DNA from: Podarcis vaucheri | Lineage: Eukaryota | Assembly (NCBI GenBank): GCA_965113315.1 | Contig: OZ220367.1 | Length of the DNA: 64,000 nucleotides | Direction: 5' to 3' (one strand) | Shown: one piece after another, positions 55,957 through 64,000 of the stretch | Numbering within the stretch: the first letter of the stretch is position 1 | Layout of the letters: each line of letters opens with the position of its first letter | Translations under genes and position numbers: made by a program | Notes under the pieces: model-generated | Told to the model about the DNA's origin: nothing | Seen by the model: the letters and a program-made list of their open reading frames with translations, nothing else | The model's database searches: none

Positions 55957-58646
55957 CTACCAAGCTCGGATGCCCTGACTACAGGAAGGCCCCGCGGGAC
56001 CCTGGTGCAGGGGCTGCGCGCCGCCCGCGAAGCCGCCCATGTTCATGTAGGGCCCCGCAGGCGGCGGCACCGACGGGCCCCCGCTGTTGGCCGCCGGGTA
56101 GCTGCAGCCGTAGCCGGCCCCGTAAGCAGCCGCGGGGGAACCGCCGTAGGCGTAGTTGGGGAAGCCATTATAAGGATAGGCGGCGGCGGCGTTGTAGGGC
56201 GCGCTGTAGGCCTGCGAGCCGCCCAGGCAGGGCTTGCCGTCCCTCACCAGCACGGGCACGGCCACCCTGCGCGGCGGAGGCGGAGGCTGCTGCGACGGCG
56301 GAGGCATCCCCGCCGTCGGGCCGCCCAGGTCCAGGGCCTTGTCCTGCCGCTGCCGCTTGCACTTGTAGCGCCGGTTCTGGAACCAGATCTTCACCTGCGT
56401 GGACGTGAGCTTGAGGCTGCTGGCCAGCAACTCGCGCTCGGGGGCCGACAGGTAGCGCTGCTGCTGGAAGCGCCGCTCCAGCTCGAAGACCTGCGCTTGC
56501 GAGAAGAGCACCCGAGGCTTCCTCCGGCCGCGCGCCTTGGGCCGCTCCGACGACTCCTCCGTGGGCTCCTTCCCTGCAGAAGACGGGGAACAACAGAGAG
56601 AGAGGCTCCAGTCAAGAACCGGGGAGCTGCGGGCTGCGGGACCGGTACAACACATTGACACACACACCCCTTATCACCTTGCAAAAGCCTCTCATTTACG
56701 CATTTATCAAGCCGGATGAATACATTATTTAAAGGGAGAGGAGAGCACACGCTGCGCGGCACCTGGAAGGGCCGACATCTGTTTTCGTTTTCTTTTTTAA
56801 TGCACCGAATGCCAGCTCGCAACATAATTCCGTCGGTGTCTTACAGGGCACTCCTAGGCAGGTTAACCCAGAAGTAAGTCCCGCTCTGTTCAATGGGGCT
56901 TACGCCCAGGTTAAGGCTGCGTATCACCGCAGCCTTAAAGGGCATAAAGACACAGCTGCAACAACAACCCCAAAACTCTTCTCCCGCAAAATAAGCTTGC
57001 AGCAGAAAAGCGCGCCTGTAGTTCTATAGGCGGAGCAAATTAGAAACACGGTTTGCAAAGTATTAGTAATAGTATTAATATTAATATTATTATATAGAAA
57101 GTTGAGTCTTCCGCAATGGAATATGGCCGCTGCTTCCCGGCCTTGCAAACGAAGGAGCCAGCGCCGCCTGGCATTCTGCACGAGCTCAGCCAACTCGAGA
57201 AAAACTTGAGGGAGCGAAGTGTGTGTGTTTTCCCCCTGTGCCACCAGGACTGCTTACGGCAGCCGGAAGGAAGCAAGGACTGGGAAATGGATTTATGCCC
57301 TCTTAGGAAGCAGACGGCAGTCTTTATGCCCCCCAACGCGATCTCCTTCCTTGCAGGGAGGGAGGCCGGCCATGCCAGGCCCGTTACTGACTTTGCTTGC
57401 CGCGCCTCGGACAAAACCTTAGCGCGAAGGACCCTCAACTAGATCCCCTCGCGCTTTGACCGCCCCTCGACCCACTCCGCTCCACCTCACCCCGGGTGCT
57501 TTCCTAGAGGGGGCTTGGAGCCAGCGGCACCATCATTCCACCAAGGCGGCTCTCCTTGCCGCCAGACCACCAAGGCTGCGAGGCTGGGCCTCAGAGCGGT
57601 TCCTTGCCTCTGTTTTAGGAGGTGGATGGCTCGGCGTGGCCAAACGCGTCGTCCCCTTTCTGCCTAAGTCTCCGGCTGAACCGAGCACGCTTACTCTCAA
57701 GTAAGGGGCATTGGGATGCACTCCGAGGCAAACTTCCATTGGGGAAGCGGGACTAACTGAGCTCTTACATCCGAGTCGAACAGGGCTGCAGTGTGACCAC
57801 CCAATCCGGTGCATTTTACCCAACGGCAAGTCCCGTTGTGTTCAGGGAGGCTTAGGCTCAGAGACGTGTAGAGCGGACAGCAGCCTAAGCACGTTTACTC
57901 GGAAGTAAGTCCTTCAAAGTTCCAAGGGACTTGTCCTCTTATTCTTTGTTAGTTGGAGCCACAGATATTTTGCAGCGGAGGGAAGAGGCGTCCGCCTAAG
58001 CGACTTGGGTTTGGAGGTGCCCAAGCAGTTCTGAGCAGCGCTGAACCGTTGCCGACGTGCTCCTAGAGACGCGGATGTCGCGTGTCCCACTTTCAGCATC
58101 TCATCTGGCTGGAGAAACGGTGGTTCCAAGCCACGCACGCGGAACCACGCTGCGATCCAGAAAGGGAAACTTTCGGAATTAGTTATCCTGGCAATGAGAA
58201 AGGTTGGGAATCGCTCCGCGTTCCGAGAGGGACTTGGGCGCCCGCCTGGCCCTACGATTCCCCAATAAAGCCTCCCTCTTGGGGTCCCGGTCCCGCTCTC
58301 GCTGGTACTCACCGGCTCCGGAATCCAGCGCCGGTTCTCCCTCTCCCGCCAGCGCCTTGGGCTCGCAGGTGCCCCGCAGCACCGCCTGCACGTAACTCCC
58401 TGGAGAAAGCCCCCCATCCGCGGCGCTCTTCCCCGTCGCCGCCATGGAGCTGAGGAAGGGCAGCTTCTCGTCGTCTTCGTCGTCGTCCTCCCCGTCGGAG
58501 AAGCTGCGGCACCCCAGCAGGCAGGAGGCGGCGGCGGCGGCGACCGGGAAGGGCGACTCGAGGGAGCCCCCGAGACTCTGCTGCTCCAGTTTCAGAATAT
58601 CCTTGACCGAGAAGGGGGTGGAGGTGGCGGGGCTGGGGAGCATCAT
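55957..58646 (-). CDS. NKX2-3: Homeobox protein Nkx-2.3, 2 exons, 316 aa
   Basis: Exons (minus): 58313-58646 and 55957-56573. TN domain ([13 protein letters not shown]), NK-2 homeodomain with Tyr54, NK2-specific domain [15 protein letters not shown], Tyr-rich region and GIRAW C-terminus. The MMLPSP start, VFELE in helix 1 and adjacency to SLC25A28 identify it as NKX2-3. Confidence 0.96.
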
Positions 58647-58649
58647 TGG

Positions 58650-59600
58650 GAGGGGGGACGGGTGCGTGGGAAAGAGGGGAGCGCGCCGGCTTGGGTGCAG
58701 GAGCGCCGCGCCCTGCCAGCCAAGCCCGGCTAAGGGGCGTCCATGCGAAGGGAAGGCTGCCGCTCCGCCTTTGCAGTCGCAGCCTCTGCGCCGACCAGCT
58801 GCAGCCTCTGGACTCGGAGCCGCCTCTGCGGCCAGGGCGGGCGCGTCACGGCGAGGAGGGGCCGGGCTGGGGCGCGGGCTGCGCCCCCATTGGAAGGCGG
58901 GGGAGCCTTGAGCCGGCCCCCTAAGTGACACACACACACAGAGAGCCTGCCGGAAAGAGAAATCTGCAGGCTGGACTGCACCGGGAGGCTACGCGGGGCG
59001 CCCACGCCGTCGGGTCACACAGGTTGGCGCACAGCCGTCGGGGCGAGAGGAGGCGGAGAAAAATCCGCGCTACGGGGGAGTCCGAACCGAGGTAGCCCAC
59101 AACCCCTCCCCATCGCTAGACAACCCCCCCTCCCCCTTTCCCTGGACAACAGCGCTGCCTCTGCTTTCCCTTCCTGTGGTTCCGGATCTACCTCCATCTC
59201 CTCCCTTGGGGACTTACCACTCGCGGTTTTTCTTTTTTTAAACTTCGGAGGAACTGGGGGGGGGGGAGGAACACCCTGGGGAAAGGGCCCAAGAGGAAAC
59301 TCGCCTTTCTTGGGGCAAATGGGACCAAGAAAACGCGGGAAGGTGTGTGTGTGTGCGCGTGCGCGTGTGGGGTGAGCTGTCCTGTCGCGGGGCGCAGTAA
59401 ATATAGGGACAGGGCCCTATCTTGGACAGGGTAATCTGTCCAATTTAACATTCAACATCCGCTTGGCAACTGGCCTGTGGAGGGAGCGCCAAGTCTCTTC
59501 CGGCGGTCACCTGCCCGCGAGGAGACGCAGGTCTTTCGCATACCTTTGGCAAGACAAACCCTAGGACGCAGCTGCTTGCCAGTACCAATGTGAGCGTAGG
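58650..59600 (-). promoter_or_regulatory. NKX2-3 proximal promoter / CpG island
   Basis: GC-rich, CpG-dense DNA upstream of the ATG; minus-strand CCAAT at 58889-58893. Confidence 0.65.
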
Positions 59601-59800
59601 ACAAGATATGCATGAGTTAAGTAGTAGTAGTAATAATAGGTAGCAATAATAGTAGTAATAGGTAGCAGTAATATCCAGAGGCAAGTATTATTGCAATGTG
59701 TGGTTATGGCCACCAACTTAGATGGCTTGTGTAACATGGAGATAAAACAGTCTGCGAAAGCGGCATCTCAAAGCTAAGCTCGTGATCTTACGTACTGGGA

Positions 59801-59851
<51 letters not shown>
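59801..59851. repeat. (TTA)n microsatellite
   Basis: About 16-17 perfect units. Confidence 0.95.
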
Positions 59852-59853
<2 letters not shown>

Positions 59854-62800
59854 TTCTTGCTCCTATTATGTTTCTGTGGTTAGTTAAAAGGGCTCTTGAG
59901 TTTCGTTTTTCCCTCCTGCATCTTAATTTTCTTTATTTCTTCTTCTTATAGTGACTCCCCGGGGACACTCGCGAGGAAAAGGTGTGCGTTTTTGTTGGGC
60001 TCCGGCGAGCGCTTCTGTCTGCCTTTCAGGGAACCCAAAAGAAGGTAGACCCCTCTGGCTCTTCCGGGCAGCTCTCTTAAAATAAAAGCGATCGAAAGGG
60101 TTTCGGGATTAGTGTCAATGACCGTTTCTGAAATTCGTGCGAAGCTCCTTCACTGTCCCTAAGCGCCGGTCCCTCCGTCCTCTCTGGGGAATAGTAACAG
60201 GGGTGGCAAAGGGCAGCTTAGGGAGGCTCTGCCGGAGAGCCCGGTAAGGGGGGTGGCTTGTTCCCAGGCTCTGTTCTCCCCCCACAAACAAACATAAGAA
60301 GCCAGCAAGTCCCTGCTCCTGATTTCTTGGGTGGGGGGGGGGACGGGGACTGCAGAGCACTGTACGTAGTGCGGTAACCCAGTGGAAGTTCCCTTTCCAC
60401 TCAAGAACAGATTAAAGAAGGCTTTTATCTTTTATTAGGGGGCTCTTGGGCAAGGGGTTTCCCCTCGAGGGTGGCCTCGGCTCGGATAAGCTACGAGGTT
60501 TCAATCCGAGAGAGTTAATGTTCCCATTGAAACCAACGGATTTTTATGTGCCCTCTTGTTATCAGGCGGTGGTCGCTTAGTCAATGCAACCATCGATGTA
60601 GCATTTATATTCGGTGTCTGTGCAAAATAAACGGAATACATTCTTTCTATTGTACGAGGTTTGCGACTGCCTCGGTTTTTGCCAGCCTGTCAGAAATTTT
60701 GTTATGAGGCAAGGAGGCTTCACAGCCCCTCCATTTGCGTGTTTTGATGGAACCCAAGAAACGCCGAAGATCCTCCTTAGTTTAGCGACTGAAATAATTA
60801 GAGATGAAGGTGTGGAACAGATTTTTCAAGGCTAAAAATAAAAATGGAACGTTGACTAAACAATTCCTCTAAAGAGATTTGATGCAAATAAATAACGATA
60901 AGCTTGCAGTGGGATTAGTTTACTGTGAAATTAATTTACTGCAAGCTTGCATGATATTCTATTATTTTTCATTATAAACGTTTATTGCAAAACTTGTAGA
61001 TATTACCATCGGAAAAGGAAAAACTTTAGCATTTATGTGTCCTCGGACTGCAATTCTCCACACACTCGACGGGGAATGTCTCCTAACTGAATTCAATGGC
61101 GTTTACTTCTGAGTAGACGAATTAACCAGGAGACACCGGCACAGCAATCTGCACCTACCTTTTATCCGCAGGGCATTATTGTGGAAGCCAAGGCGATCAA
61201 CTCTCGAGCCAGATATTTCCTGACAATTTAGATTCGCTGCTTGGGCGGCAGCCCGAAGAAAAAGTTCAGCTGAACAACAGCGCTATTTCCTTTTCAGTAA
61301 ACAGGCCTAGGATCGGCTGAAAATCTACAGCAGCAGATTGAGTGAGACAGCCTAGTTTCCGTGACAAGTTATAAAGCCCTTTTAACAAAAGCAAAAGTAC
61401 CCCGTGGACCTTAAATACGAGAATACTTTCATTGTGGCCAAAAACTTTTTGGGACTTGGGTCTTCACCACAGAGACGCTGAGACGCCCAAGAAGCGGGTC
61501 ACCTAAGCCGATAGCGGTGCGTGTGTGTATACAAAAATAAATAAATGCTGTGGGGTTGTTTTTTTTTATTAACCTACAGGCACACAACAAAAGACTTGAC
61601 AATGCAAAACAGCAGATGTGTCAAAGCAAGCACAGCGAATACCGTACATCGTTGGCATGTAGCCTTCGGAGGGAGGCCTGGTCGTCAATGCGGCCCGCGG
61701 GCCGGAGAAGGTTAGCCGTCTCTGGGCATCAGGACTTGGTCAAATGAATACACTATCCAACCAGCTTGACTGTGCCTGGTGATGAATAGTCATTTGGAGA
61801 TCGATGGTGTAAAATGATTTTACGCTATCAATTGACACCTCATTCAGAGCATCCAATTAACTTCTGAAGCCAACTGACCACTTCCGAGATGGTCCACAGA
61901 GTCAAATTAGCTAATTAATTACGATTATTGCAGCTTTATGCCGGGATCAACATTTGAAGCGTCGTCGTCAGTATGTGGAGATCCTTGAGGTTTTCCGCAG
62001 CATTTTCGTGGGGATTTAAACGCTCCCCCTGGTTTGAGGATGTTCCTCTTTTTTACTATCTGGATTGGGTCCGTTTGTTCTCTTGAGCGGAGACTGACCC
62101 GTCTGGCTCAAGCCAATAGCAGCGGGGCATTGTTGGCAGACGACAGAAGGCATCACGTTAGAAGGCGGCGCAGAGCAAAGATCCATAGCGGGCACGGCTA
62201 ATGTTGTTTGGCCCCCGAAGAGCGTTGTCCGAGTTAATACGGGCTGGTACGCGGCAGTCATCTGTATTCTGGATAGGACCGTGACGCACTTACCAATGCT
62301 TCTTGCTTGATCTTCTGGTCTCCCTTTCCAAAAAATCTAAGCTCAACTCCCCGCGACAATCTCTCCCCGCCCCCGCGCCTTTCTCTGCGTTCAGCCTATA
62401 TATACTTATCCACTTAGGAAACCACTTTGTGCATCTAAGGAAGTGGGTTCTGGCCCAAGGAGATTTAGACTTCAATAAATGTGTTAGCCTTTAATCCGGT
62501 GCCGCGAGTTTCTTTGTTGTTTCTCTTTCATTGGAGTATATCCATCCAGATAGCATCTCCTGGGGAGACCTAAAATGTGCACATTATCCTCGCGGTTTGG
62601 CCTCTCCTGGTTCCGTCCTCGGCCAAGACTAACCTACTCCAGCCCAGATTCCGCTGGTTTTACTCCCGGCAGCCTTCCTCCTGCTTGCTGAGGGAGGCCG
62701 TCTTGCTCAGGGCTGCCTGGTCCTCATTTGCCGGGGTTTGGGGACAGGGTGGAGGAAGGCGTCCAAGCCAAGCAGCCCACAATGGGATGGGGAAACAAGG

Positions 62801-64000
62801 TCTGGCCAGTGGGTCTTTCCCAACCGAACCCAGGACCCCGTTATGGTGGGCTTGTTGTCTCTGACTGCACCCCCCCTACACACACACAGTTGGAGGAAAG
62901 GTTTCTTGAGCTGTTGCTGGAACAGCTGGATTGTCCAGCTCCGCCGGGCCAGGCCAGTATAACGCAGTGGGAAAGGCCGGCGTCTGGGCAGGAGGATTTG
63001 CGCGCTCCAAGGCAGTTGGGCAGAGACTCGCGCGGGGCAGGCCGCGTTCTCCCGTCGGGCCCCTTGGGGCTTGCCTACGGGCAGCCTGCAGCAGAAATCC
63101 TTCATTGCCTTTGGAGAGCAACGACGGCAACAACAAAACAACCGCCCTGGCCCGGCAAACGTCCTTTGTAACCGCGCCGTCGACCGCAGCGAGGAGACGT
63201 GCAGAGGAGATATTTTGAAAGTACTCGTAAAATTAATAATGCGTCTTCCTCGCCTGGGACAATCTGGAGAGGGGGGCGGGGGGTTCGTGGAAGCTTGGAT
63301 GGTTTCCGTCGAGGACTGCAGAGAGCAAGCCCAGGCCGCAGAAAGGACCGCACCCTGCTCGGGTGGTATGGGCTGGAGTTTGCGCCCCTGGACCCCCTTT
63401 CCTTCTCCTTCGCTTACCCTTCTCCTCGGCACCTCCAGGCTCTTTCCAAACCAAGGCTCGGCTGTAACCACTCCCTTCAATTTTGAGAAGAGCTGCTTCT
63501 TCTTCTTCCTGGCAAAGTTTCTCTTTCCACAGGCCCGGGGAGCTATCCTGGCCCTTCAGATGGTGTGGGCTCCTCCTGCTGTTTCGTGCAGGCCTGGATA
63601 AATGTTTTGAAGGGATAAATGAGCGGGAAACAAGGCGAGCACCTCGGGCTTTTTGCGAAAACTCTCTCACACAAACCAGATATTGAAAGAATACAGAGCT
63701 CTGATCACGCGCGCCTGGTTGAGCAGGTAAGTCCCTGGTGCACATCTCTCACCTATGCTAGGAACTAACTAAGGTAGCTTTTTGCAAGCTGCCCTCTCCC
63801 AGCGTCAGTCTCGCGTCTGCAAAATGGGGACAATAATATCCATCTGTCCGTAAGGATCAGTGCATGTTAAAAAGCTAGGGGTAAGAGCCACGGAAGTGTA
63901 CTTCAATGATAAAGCGCAATCACTTTCATGTAGCAAACATGCGTAGGATCGCGCTTTAAAAGTGCTGTGTAAACGTTGCTGTTATTATTTGCACTGACTT

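Noticed and set aside
58647-58937. Open frame upstream of the NKX2-3 ATG
   Set aside because: No ATG start, low-complexity GC-rich translation, and stops are rare in CpG islands.
62707-63745. 257-aa and other ORFs upstream of NKX2-3
   Set aside because: No recognisable domain or splice structure, and GC-rich. A divergent lncRNA is possible but cannot be supported from sequence alone.

Overview
Vertebrate genomic DNA, almost certainly a squamate reptile and probably a lacertid lizard (inferred from a full-length Sauria-type SINE, an RTE-BovB LINE and lacertid-style MITEs). The window is the compact orthologue of the human 10q24 block. Left to right: ABCC2 (exons 1-8, minus, running off the left edge), CUTC (minus), COX15 (plus), ATP6V0E2 (plus), ENTPD7 (minus), SLC25A28 (plus) and NKX2-3 (minus), then NKX2-3 upstream regulatory DNA. 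All exons were read by hand and join in frame with GT-AG boundaries. The main surprise is an intact, intron-containing ATP6V0E2 gene between COX15 and ENTPD7. The ORF track misses it because its exons are short, and in human the gene lies on 7q36, so this may be its ancestral NKX2-linked position. Other points of note: two tight bidirectional CpG-island promoters, one with a helically phased CCAAT array; two unusual substitutions in the NKX2-3 homeodomain; inverted MITEs flanking ABCC2 exons 2-8; an uninterrupted BovB ORF together with its SINE partner; and CTCF-like sites between the housekeeping genes and NKX2-3. Comparisons to human sequences and gene positions are from memory and were not run as searches. 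No CRISPR, rRNA or true tRNA genes are supported.
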